DNA from: Acidimicrobiia bacterium
Lineage (GTDB): Bacteria; Actinomycetota; Acidimicrobiia; Acidimicrobiales; Bin134
DNA: 64,000 nucleotides
Assembly (NCBI GenBank): GCA_009842675.1
Contig: VYEX01000064.1
Span: 2,155 to 66,154, forward strand
Reading direction: 5' to 3'
Position numbers and translations under genes: made by a program. Numbering within the stretch: position 1 is the stretch's first letter; each line of letters starts with the position of its first letter. Shown here piece by piece: positions 1 through 8,097 of this stretch. The notes beneath the pieces are model-generated. The model made no database searches and had not been told where the DNA came from. It worked only from the letters and a program-made list of their open reading frames with translations.

Positions 1-85
1 ACTCCTTGTCCCGTCTGCGATTGCCCTTGTCTTTCTTGTCTTATCAGCTCTTCAATCACTTGGAGTCGATCGGGTAGGTCTTGGC

Positions 86-361
86 ATGGCACCGAGACCA
101 GGACCTATCGCAGAAGAGAATGGCGCATCTCAAATTCGAGTCGCTGCACAAGAAGAGGTCAACGCGGCCCCATTTGCAAAATGGACGGCAGGAAAGAAGT
201 TGGATGAATCAAATGCTGCAAGACGTAACTTATCTCGAGCAATTGTTTGGCTCATATTCAATGGCGTAGTCGTTCTTGTAGCGATGTCCCTGTTGCAAAC
301 AGACGACTGCCAAGATCACCAAATCGTCGACAGCGTCGTATTGGAATATAGGGAGTGCTGA
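86..361 (+). CDS. hypothetical small membrane protein (one predicted TM helix)
   Basis: 91-aa ATG ORF in low-GC DNA with many A/T-ending codons. Single hydrophobic helix AIVWLIFNGVVVLVAMSLL. No family recognised. Confidence 0.25.
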   Translation: MAPRPGPIAEENGASQIRVAAQEEVNAAPFAKWTAGKKLDESNAARRNLSRAIVWLIFNGVVVLVAMSLLQTDDCQDHQIVDSVVLEYREC

Positions 362-831
362 AACACCCTACAGGGAGGCGAAATCAGTCATTGGCGTCGT
401 AGCTTCAGATGGCCCACGGTCAGCTAGTTGCAAGTGTCTTTGGCGTTACAGGCACCTAAGTCTGAAATCTCGCTAAGGGATGCCCGTGGCATGCGACAGG
501 TGCCTTCGGAAGTGCACGGCATGCTCGAAGTGCTGTAGCCGTGCTGGGCCCTAGCAATACAGAGACTCAGCAACCAGCGGTCTCTAGCGATGGTTTGCCC
601 AGGGCAGAAAATGCACAGCACGATGCTGGGACCAGCGCGTTCGCGTCGAGGGGATGCACCGGTTGACGAACTGCTGGCAGCGGTGCGCTAGCCGATACAG
701 CAGACGTCAACATCTGCCACCGGCGGCACCATATGGCCCCATAGAATTCGAACGGGCTCATTCCACCCAAACTCAAGCACCACATTTCCGCTGGGCAGAG
801 GGAACTCAGGAGTCCAGAGAAAGGACAGGCA

Positions 832-1206
832 ATGTTTGACATAGACCCACCTCGGAGGATCGAAGTTCTCGAAAGCTTCCCTCATCTCTGGTTTTGGGAG
901 ACCGACGACAGCACCCATACTGGTCCAATCGCCCACCATGCCATCCCGGTCCTGAAGCACGCTGCTGAGGATTGGCGAGAGCATGGATTCAAAGGCCGAC
1001 TCGAAAGATGGTTTGGCGACCTATTCGATCCCAGCGTTGCGGAGTCGGGGCTTGACGACGGTTACGCCGACACTCGTCTGATGGCAAGGGTTCAAACGGC
1101 GGGATTCGCATGGGCTGAGGGCAGGCGCAATCACCCCGCTATTGGCGAGTCGTTCGAGCGCTGGGTAGAAGCAGGAGAGACTTCTTCATACCTCCCAGAC
1201 TGCTGA
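832..1206 (+). CDS. hypothetical protein
   Basis: 124-aa ATG ORF preceded by AGGA about 6 nt upstream. Followed by a hairpin plus T-tract. No family recognised. Confidence 0.4.
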   Translation: MFDIDPPRRIEVLESFPHLWFWETDDSTHTGPIAHHAIPVLKHAAEDWREHGFKGRLERWFGDLFDPSVAESGLDDGYADTRLMARVQTAGFAWAEGRRNHPAIGESFERWVEAGETSSYLPDC

Positions 1207-1266
1207 ATGCCGGACGGTCTGTTTTTCATCCAGCAGTGCCCGAGTCCGGTCATTCTCAGACTGTGG

Positions 1267-1294
1267 AAAACGGCGCGCGTGCGTTTGTCTTTTT
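1267..1294 (+). terminator. candidate intrinsic terminator
   Basis: AAACG..CGTTT stem (extendable with one bulge) around a GC-rich loop, followed by TCTTTTT. Lies in the convergent gap between 832..1206(+) and 1318..1788(-). Confidence 0.35.
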
Positions 1295-1317
1295 GAGTGA
1301 AGAACTGTCAGAGCGAG

Positions 1318-1788
1318 TCAAAGTCGTTTGTTGTTTCCGCAGCGTTCTACTCGGGAAGGGACAAGGCGGCCTTGAAATCTCAGTGATCTGCGCAGTACAT
1401 CTACATTGGCGGTTCGGTTGGCTTTTTTGTTGGCAAACAGGGCGGCTAGTTTGGCGGAACTGAGTGGTGAGAACATCCCGTCACCGGTGATCTTGTCGAT
1501 TCCCGCTTGAACTTGCGGAATCGCACCCTTGTCCATGACATTCTTAATCTCAACCACCAGCCACTCGTAGCCGTTACGGACTTTTCGCAAGATGACCAAG
1601 TCTGGCTTCGGATCGCTTGGGCCGAATGCCGAGCACTTATCACACTCAATCATTAGGCGAAGTCCAAGGATCAATAGCCGGCAGCCCTTATGGGTCACTG
1701 CGATCGGCTGGTCGAAGTTTGCAGAGGCAGTCCGTACGAGGCACCCACAACCGGCATGCAGGTGGCGGATTGCTTGAGGATTGGTCAA
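1318..1788 (-). CDS. minimal PD-(D/E)xK nuclease-like protein, possibly with an N-terminal Cys cluster
   Basis: 156-aa ORF. TTG start overlaps the upstream ATPase stop (TTGA at 1785-1788). Motif E48 ... P62-D63 (KPDLVIL) ... E80-I-K82 (VVEIK) matches the PD-(D/E)xK signature. Cys at positions 14, 16, 36, 49 and 52. The start codon is uncertain. Confidence 0.5.
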   Translation of the reverse strand: MTNPQAIRHLHAGCGCLVRTASANFDQPIAVTHKGCRLLILGLRLMIECDKCSAFGPSDPKPDLVILRKVRNGYEWLVVEIKNVMDKGAIPQVQAGIDKITGDGMFSPLSSAKLAALFANKKANRTANVDVLRRSLRFQGRLVPSRVERCGNNKRL

Positions 1789-3281
1789 TCGAGCATGCCA
1801 ATCAAGCGGGCAGATTCTTCGGTGAGGTCTTCTGCCACCTTGACGAACTCATCTTCAGGGATGCCCCATTGGGGATCAACTTCGACACGTTCTACGGTCA
1901 CCATCTTTTTTGATTCGTTCCGCACGAAGCGGTGGACTGCGAGGTCGTTCACCGCCAGAAAATCGTCTTGGGTATAGGCGGGCGTCAGCTCATCTGATGC
2001 TGATGCCGAAGTTTCGTGGCGCAGGACACAGTTTGAGATTTCATTGAGGAGTATTGAGCTGTGTGTCGCGCAAACGACTTGAACCCCGCAATTTGCCAGG
2101 CGAACGAGTACTCGTCCCATCAACCTGATGGCCTCAGGGTGCAAGTGCGACTCTGGTTCATCAACGATCAACAAATCGCCGGGTGCGAGCAGTCTCTCTA
2201 CCCAGATGGCCAGCGGTGCCAGGTCCGCCACCATTGAAGAGGCATGGCGTATGGCAATGCTGTGGCCGTCCTGCTCGTATGCGAGCGTCGGGACGATTTC
2301 GCCATCTGGTTCTGGGCTGATCGTTCCTTCCATGAGCACCTTGAGCAGTGAAATGGCTGGCATGAGAGCATCTTGTTCTGGTGGTCGTTCCGAGCCGAAG
2401 AAGCTAAAGGGACGGAACCGGCGTCGGGAGCCGTGGCCGAGGACATCGGCTAGCGAAGAAATGAAGTCTAGGGCGACTCCATCTAGGGATGGATCTGCAA
2501 ACGAGGGCAGCCCATAACGTTCCTTTTCTAGTTGAATGCGCAGCTTTACGACATCTGTCCAGGCGTTCAACAGCCCGGAGCGACCTGCTGGAAGATAGTG
2601 AGTATTGCCGCCAAGACGTGCGTCTACAAGAAAACTGTGCCAGTAACCCTGCGTCACAATCCACGCAAGGTGACCGTAGAGGTTAGCTAGCTCTTCGCTG
2701 CCTGTGTCTTGGTCGAACAGTGTCGGCAGTGGGAAAAATTCATCGAATTCCGTCCAATCAATCTCCAGCTCACTGAGGATTCTGCCGACCGGTGCCGTTG
2801 TCCCTCCACTGCCGAACAAGCACACATCAGCACCACCTACCTCCGAACTCTTCACTTCAAAACGAAGACCTTCGCCGTTGCCCCAAGAGGTGATGCGCGT
2901 CAATTCATCTACGCCGAAAGTGGCCTTCAACCTAAGCGAAACTTCACGCCCGGCGTCTTCAAGTCCGCTTCGGAGCGCTTGGGCGACGTAGTCGTGTAGC
3001 TGGACTGGCAGCCCTTGTCTTGCAATTCCATCGTTGACAAGGGCATCGTGACGCTCCCGAGCGAAGGCCTCCAAAGCCGTTCCCTCGTCGTTGCTTAGCT
3101 CCTCGACAGGTCGGGGCATAACACTGCGCACTGCCTGTCGGCACGCATACAGGGCCTGCGCGACGTAGGTCTTGCCGGTGTTGTTCCGGCCGATGAATAC
3201 CGTCAAAGGCCGCAACGCAACTTCACCGTGCTCGACCGGCCCTAGGTGGTCCACGACAAGCTGTAGCTCTGTCTTGCTCAC
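1785..3281 (-). CDS. ABC/SMC-like ATPase of the AAA_15/AAA_21 type
   Basis: 498 aa, GTG start. Walker A GRNNTGKT (aa 31-38). A roughly 330-aa insert is followed by Walker B/D-loop LLIVDEPESHLHP (aa 370-382) and H-loop VCATHS. GC is lower than the backbone. Confidence 0.85.
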   Translation of the reverse strand: MSKTELQLVVDHLGPVEHGEVALRPLTVFIGRNNTGKTYVAQALYACRQAVRSVMPRPVEELSNDEGTALEAFARERHDALVNDGIARQGLPVQLHDYVAQALRSGLEDAGREVSLRLKATFGVDELTRITSWGNGEGLRFEVKSSEVGGADVCLFGSGGTTAPVGRILSELEIDWTEFDEFFPLPTLFDQDTGSEELANLYGHLAWIVTQGYWHSFLVDARLGGNTHYLPAGRSGLLNAWTDVVKLRIQLEKERYGLPSFADPSLDGVALDFISSLADVLGHGSRRRFRPFSFFGSERPPEQDALMPAISLLKVLMEGTISPEPDGEIVPTLAYEQDGHSIAIRHASSMVADLAPLAIWVERLLAPGDLLIVDEPESHLHPEAIRLMGRVLVRLANCGVQVVCATHSSILLNEISNCVLRHETSASASDELTPAYTQDDFLAVNDLAVHRFVRNESKKMVTVERVEVDPQWGIPEDEFVKVAEDLTEESARLIGMLD

Positions 3282-3392
3282 TGCTCGCAGGCTATCGTTG
3301 TCTACAACCAGGCACCACGATGGGAGCAGCGGGGGCGTTGGGAAACTGGTGCCGCGTTATTCGCTTTCCAGTACCTGACCCACTTATGCAAC

Positions 3393-3402
3393 TTTTGCAA
3401 AA
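3393..3402. promoter_or_regulatory. 10-bp perfect palindrome TTTTGCAAAA in a divergent intergenic region
   Basis: Lies in the 250-bp gap between the divergently transcribed ATPase (start 3281) and HsdR-like gene (start 3532). Flanked by a TGCAA direct repeat. Confidence 0.25.
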
Positions 3403-3531
3403 TGGGCACACTGCCTGTTTTGCCGGTATTTCGAGATGGCCTTACTACCTCCCTAGCGGAGTGCGCGGGAGCGGGTATCGACGGGGCATAAGGTGTACGG
3501 GATGTTTCGAAGGCAGGAAGGGTGATGGCTG

Positions 3532-6500
3532 ATGCCCGCTGACGAGGCGGCGTTCGAGGAGCACATCGCCTCGTGGTTGGTGGAGCATGGGGGGTATCGG
3601 CGAGCCAAAGTCGGCAATGCCATGGGAGAGCCGCGCGATTTCGATCCCGGCGCGGGGGTGGATACGGCTGATCTGTTCGAGTTCATTGGGGCGACTCAGG
3701 CGGATCACTGGGAGCGGTTGGTGGAATCGGCTTATGGGGGCGATCCGAACCAGGCGCAGTCGGGATTCGTGCAGCGATTGGCGTCGGAGCTTGACAAGCG
3801 GGGGACGGTGGACGTGCTGCGCCGAGGTGTGGTGGACCGGAATGTCAAGATCCACCTGGCGTACTTCAAGCCAGCCCAGGGTCGCACGCCGGAGCTTGCC
3901 CAGCGGTATGAGGCGAACGTGTTGTCGGTTACCCGGCAACTGCCGTTTGAGCCGGACACGTCCCGAACCGTTGACTTGGGACTGTTCGTCAACGGAATAC
4001 CGGTGGCCACCGCGGAGTTGAAGAACCCGCTCACCGGCCAGACCGTCGAGAACGCCATTGCCCAGTACCGAACCGACCGGCCCTACAACAACAGAACGCT
4101 GGGACGGTTGGGCATGGTGCATTTCGCGGTCGATCCCGCATCGGCGGCCATGACCACCCGTCTGGCTGGTACCCGAACCCGGTTTCTGCCGTTCAACCGG
4201 GGGCACAACTTGGGCGCTGGGAACCCACCCAATCCCGACGGGCACCGCACCGCGTACCTGTGGGAGCAGGTGTGGTCGAGAGATGCATGGATGGACATTC
4301 TGGATCGCTACATCCATGTAGAGAAGCCATCCCGTGGCTCAAAGGCCCGCCCAGAGGTGATATTTCCGAGGTTCCACCAATGGGATGCGGTGCGGCGTCT
4401 TGAGGCCGACGCCAAAGAGCGCGGCGCGGGTCGCAGTTACCTGGTTCAGCACTCGGCAGGGTCGGGCAAATCAAATTCGATCGCCTGGTTGGCGCACCGG
4501 CTATCAAAGCTGCACACCGACGACGACGCCCAAGTGTTCAACAAGGTGGTGGTGATCACTGACCGTGTCGTGCTCGACCGCCAGCTTCAGGACACGATCA
4601 GTCAGTTCGAACACGCCCTTGGTGTGGTGGAGCGAATCGACGAGAACTCGGCTCAGCTGGCAGCGGCTCTTGCTGGTGAACAGGCCCGAATCATCGTCAC
4701 TACGTTGCAGAAGTTCCCGTTCATCATCGACAAGATCGAGTCGCTGCCCGAGCGCAACTACGCCGTGATCGTAGATGAGGCCCACTCGTCGCAGACTGGC
4801 GAGGCGGCCAGGGAGTTGCGTCGGGTGCTGGGCTCGGCCGAGCCCGAGACCGACACGGATATGGAAGCGGGAGAGGTCGAGACGCTGCTCGCCGAGGCGG
4901 TCGCTGCCCGCGGCCGTCAGCCCAACCTGTCGTTCTTCGCCTTCACTGCTACCCCCAAGGGCCGCACCTTGGAACTGTTCGGTGAGGCTGGTGACGGCAG
5001 CAGGCACGAGCCCTTCCACCTGTACCCGATGCGCCAGGCCATAGAGGAGGGCTTCATCGAGGATGTGTTGGCTGGGTATCTGACCTACAACCAGTACTTC
5101 CATCTGGAGAAGGCGATCCTCGACGACCCTGAGTACGACACCGACAAGGCCCGCACTGCGCTTGCCAGATTCGTCACCCTACATCCGGACAATCTGGCGC
5201 AGAAGGCGGAGATCATCGTCGAGCACTTCCGCACCAAGATTGCTCGACAGATGGGTGGCGAGGCCAAGGCGATGGTGGTGTGCTCGTCGCGGCCCCATGC
5301 GGTGCGGATGTGGGAGGCGCTGCGAGGCTACGCCAACAACCTGGGATACGACCTCGGAGTGCTGGTGGCATTTTCGGGCGAGGTCGAAGGGATGACCGAA
5401 TCTAAGGCCAACGGTTTCCCAGAGTCCCAGACCGCGGAGCAGTTCGACACCGACGAGTGGCAGATCATGGTGGTGGCAGAGAAGTTCCAGACAGGTTTCG
5501 ACCAGCCGAAGCTGGTCGCCATGTACGTGGACAAGACCCTCACAGGCCTGGCTGCGGTGCAGACCCTTTCAAGGCTCAATCGCATCCATCCCGATAAGTC
5601 GGGCACTTTCGTGATTGACTTCGTGAACGACGCCCATCAGATCGGCGAGGAGTTCGCGGTGTACCACGGCAAGACCGTCGCACCGCCGACCGATCCCAAC
5701 CTGCTGTTCGACACTCGTCGTGAGCTCGATGGCTTCGGCGTCCTAGATGCCGGAGAGATGCAGCGGGCGGCGACGCTGCTCTTGGGGGAGGGCAACCACG
5801 CTCAAATTGACGCCGCCCTTCAGCCTGCCGCGGACCGGTTCAGGGCGTTGGACGATGACGACCAGGCTGCGTTCCGGGACTCGCTGGCTCGATTTGTGAG
5901 GGTGTACGGGTTCTTGTCGCTGGTCGTGCCATTCCGCAATCCTGAATTGGAGCGCGACTACCTGTTCTGCCGAGCTCTGGCCGCTCTCATTCGGGATCGA
6001 GACCCTGGTGAGAGCATCAACTTGGGCACGGAGGTGGAGCTCACCCATCTTCGGCACGAGATCGCGTTCGAGGGCTCGATCTCACTGCCTGACGGCGACG
6101 GTGAGGTGACCACCATCTACTCCGGTACCGGACCGCTCACCGACCCAGAGGAAGAACGGCTGTCCCAGATCATCGCCCGCCTCAACGAGCGCTTTGGTAC
6201 CGACTGGACCGAAGAGGATCGCTTGGTGTTTGAGGCCGCAGCCGGGGATCTCGTCTCGGACGCCGAGATCCAAAACCAGGCGGTGAATAACGACGAGGTC
6301 ACCTTCCGCACCCACGTTTTCCCGGCGCGCTACGAGAAAGCCCTGTTGTCTCGGATTGACCGCAATAGCGACCTCATCTACGCCTACCTCGACAGCAACG
6401 AGCTTCAGGCCGAGGTCATGGACATCTTTGCCGTCAATGTTCAGAGGCGCGCCGCCGTCGCGAGGCAGCGGACCTGCCCCATAGGCGATCTGCTTGGACC

Positions 6501-6987
6501 AGATCGAGAGTCGTTGTTCTTGGAGTACAAGTCCACCCTCCGCTGGGACATCCGAGAGCAGCGAAGGGGAGGCATTCCTGAGGACGCCGTAATCAAGACC
6601 ATTGCTGGCTTTGCCAACTCCGAGTACGGAGGGACCCTCCTGGTTGGTGTGGCCGACGACGGTTCGATCCACGGATTGGAAGACGACTACGCCACCTTCT
6701 CTCGACGCGGCGAGCGAGGTGACCAAGACCTGTGGGGCCAGCACCTTCAGAATCTGATTCGCAGCCGCCTAGGTGATGCGGTCCTCCCCCTCGTCTCCTG
6801 GGAGTTCCACACTGTCAACGGCAACCATCTAGCCCGAATCAGCATCGACCCATCAGGTTTCCCAGTCCTTGAGCGCAATGATGTAGACGAGATTTTCTGG
6901 CTCAGAACTCCAACTTCTACAATTCCGATTCTTGACTCCAATGAAAGAGATCAAATTCTGACACGTCGATGGGGAAGCCTTACGTGA
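3532..6987 (+). CDS. type I restriction R-subunit-like (HsdR-like) nuclease/helicase fused to a C-terminal AlbA_2 (Schlafen-like) domain
   Basis: 1151 aa, with AGGAAGG upstream of the ATG. Contains the N-terminal nuclease motif VD148LGLF...AE162LK164, helicase motif I HSAGSGKS (aa 307-314) and DEAH (aa 415-418). Also has a HsdR-type C-terminal helical region. The tail from about aa 990 (LFLEYKSTLRW...IAGFANSEYGGTLLVGVADDGSIHGL) is typical of AlbA_2. Confidence 0.85.
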   Translation: MPADEAAFEEHIASWLVEHGGYRRAKVGNAMGEPRDFDPGAGVDTADLFEFIGATQADHWERLVESAYGGDPNQAQSGFVQRLASELDKRGTVDVLRRGVVDRNVKIHLAYFKPAQGRTPELAQRYEANVLSVTRQLPFEPDTSRTVDLGLFVNGIPVATAELKNPLTGQTVENAIAQYRTDRPYNNRTLGRLGMVHFAVDPASAAMTTRLAGTRTRFLPFNRGHNLGAGNPPNPDGHRTAYLWEQVWSRDAWMDILDRYIHVEKPSRGSKARPEVIFPRFHQWDAVRRLEADAKERGAGRSYLVQHSAGSGKSNSIAWLAHRLSKLHTDDDAQVFNKVVVITDRVVLDRQLQDTISQFEHALGVVERIDENSAQLAAALAGEQARIIVTTLQKFPFIIDKIESLPERNYAVIVDEAHSSQTGEAARELRRVLGSAEPETDTDMEAGEVETLLAEAVAARGRQPNLSFFAFTATPKGRTLELFGEAGDGSRHEPFHLYPMRQAIEEGFIEDVLAGYLTYNQYFHLEKAILDDPEYDTDKARTALARFVTLHPDNLAQKAEIIVEHFRTKIARQMGGEAKAMVVCSSRPHAVRMWEALRGYANNLGYDLGVLVAFSGEVEGMTESKANGFPESQTAEQFDTDEWQIMVVAEKFQTGFDQPKLVAMYVDKTLTGLAAVQTLSRLNRIHPDKSGTFVIDFVNDAHQIGEEFAVYHGKTVAPPTDPNLLFDTRRELDGFGVLDAGEMQRAATLLLGEGNHAQIDAALQPAADRFRALDDDDQAAFRDSLARFVRVYGFLSLVVPFRNPELERDYLFCRALAALIRDRDPGESINLGTEVELTHLRHEIAFEGSISLPDGDGEVTTIYSGTGPLTDPEEERLSQIIARLNERFGTDWTEEDRLVFEAAAGDLVSDAEIQNQAVNNDEVTFRTHVFPARYEKALLSRIDRNSDLIYAYLDSNELQAEVMDIFAVNVQRRAAVARQRTCPIGDLLGPDRESLFLEYKSTLRWDIREQRRGGIPEDAVIKTIAGFANSEYGGTLLVGVADDGSIHGLEDDYATFSRRGERGDQDLWGQHLQNLIRSRLGDAVLPLVSWEFHTVNGNHLARISIDPSGFPVLERNDVDEIFWLRTPTSTIPILDSNERDQILTRRWGSLT

Positions 6988-7147
6988 TTTGGGGTTGAGA
7001 AAGCAATTGTAACTGTTATTGTTTTCGCAAAATTGGATGCGGCTTTTCACTCAGACGATAGTTTCGGTTGAAAGCTGTACAATCTGATGACAATACCGCA
7101 ATAATGTTGGAGATTGTTTTCCTACATTTGGCAAGGAGAAAAGGCAT

Positions 7148-7402
7148 ATGGGAGTAATATACACGCAGAATGGAGATCCTCTGGAGGTTAGGGGAAATAA
7201 AATATATAGAAAGGATGGCCGGCAAGTAGCCACACTTAAGGGCAACAAGGCCTTCGGAAGTGACGGCAAGTATATGGGCACAATTGTTGGCGATCGGCTT
7301 ATATTCAGGTCTTCAGATAAGTCCTATCGGGGATCAAGATTCAAACCAGCCATTGGCTCTAGGTTTTCGCGCAGAAAATCAACTCGCTCGCGTCTTCGAT
7401 AG
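7148..7402 (+). CDS. small repeat protein (four beta-hairpin-like repeats of about 15 aa, basic Ser/Arg tail), possibly 4-fold beta-flower-like
   Basis: 84-aa ORF in an AT-rich islet with AAGGAG upstream. Repeats IYTQNGDPLEVRGNK / IYRKDGRQVATLKGNK / AFGSDGKYMGTIVGDR / LIFRSSDKSYRGSRF. Confidence 0.35.
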   Translation: MGVIYTQNGDPLEVRGNKIYRKDGRQVATLKGNKAFGSDGKYMGTIVGDRLIFRSSDKSYRGSRFKPAIGSRFSRRKSTRSRLR

Positions 7403-7464
7403 AGGCTTGCACCAATCACAAATTAGGTTGGCGTGCTTGACTAGGAAACAGGTGCGTCAAGAAT

Positions 7465-8016
7465 TCAAATAGTTTGAGTGCCGTCGACGCCGAGGGCGAT
7501 GGCGAGGACGATGGCGATGCCGCCGAGGAGGCGGGCGGTGACCGAGAGCAGGGGGGTGGGGACGGCTCGGAACCACAGCAGGGCGGCGGTGACCAATGCG
7601 GCCAGCACCACGCCGGCCATGGTGCGGAGGGTGCCGTCGTGGGCGGCGGTGGCCAGCACCACGGCGACGAGCTGGGGGGTGAACAGCACCGTCAGGGCGA
7701 TAAGGGCCACTTGGGTCCCGGCCCGGGGCTCGTCGTGGACGGGGTGGTCGGGCCACACCATCCACCACAGTCCGGCAACGGCGAAGGGCACCGCGGTGGC
7801 TAGCCGCCACGTGCCTGTCGTCACCGACAGGCCGTCGAGGATGGGATCAGCCAGCGCGGCGATCACCCACAGCGCGCCCACCGCGGCAACCACGGCCAGC
7901 GCTACCCGGGGCCGCCACTGATCACGGTTGGAGGGCCGCCAGGCCACGCTCAGCGCGCCCGCGGCCGGGTTGGCCGCGGCCAGCACCATCAACATCACCG
8001 GTCCGAGTCCGCTCAT
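7465..8016 (-). CDS. integral membrane protein (MarC/UPF0056-like, tentative)
   Basis: 183 aa, about 6 hydrophobic helices, high GC3. Last gene of the minus-strand operon 11474..7465. Confidence 0.55.
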   Translation of the reverse strand: MSGLGPVMLMVLAAANPAAGALSVAWRPSNRDQWRPRVALAVVAAVGALWVIAALADPILDGLSVTTGTWRLATAVPFAVAGLWWMVWPDHPVHDEPRAGTQVALIALTVLFTPQLVAVVLATAAHDGTLRTMAGVVLAALVTAALLWFRAVPTPLLSVTARLLGGIAIVLAIALGVDGTQTI

Positions 8017-8097
8017 GCCAACTGCCCTTTCGTGTCAATGGCCTCTTCAATCGAACCGGTTGACGACAATCCGAGTCCGCTCATGGTCTTCCTGCTT

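Noticed and set aside
1-92. Open minus-strand frame (…QDLPDRLQVIEELIRQERQGQSQTGQG) running off the left edge.
   Set aside because: Only about 30 codons are visible, and there is no motif or reliable start.
424-984. Three overlapping short minus-strand ORFs in different frames (possible frameshifted pseudogene, such as an integrase remnant).
   Set aside because: None of the translations shows any recognisable motif. The 688..984 ORF also conflicts with the better-signalled plus-strand ORF 832..1206.
3445-4317. 290-aa minus-strand ORF overlapping the 5' part of the HsdR-like gene.
   Set aside because: It is antisense to a gene with strong motif support. The Arg/Pro/Gly/His-rich product is typical of shadow ORFs in high-GC DNA.
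6999-7026. Hairpin GAAAGCAAT-N10-ATTGTTTTC 12 nt after the HsdR-like stop (possible terminator).
   Set aside because: The stem is AU-rich with a wobble pair and there is no downstream U-tract. This is not convincing as an intrinsic terminator.
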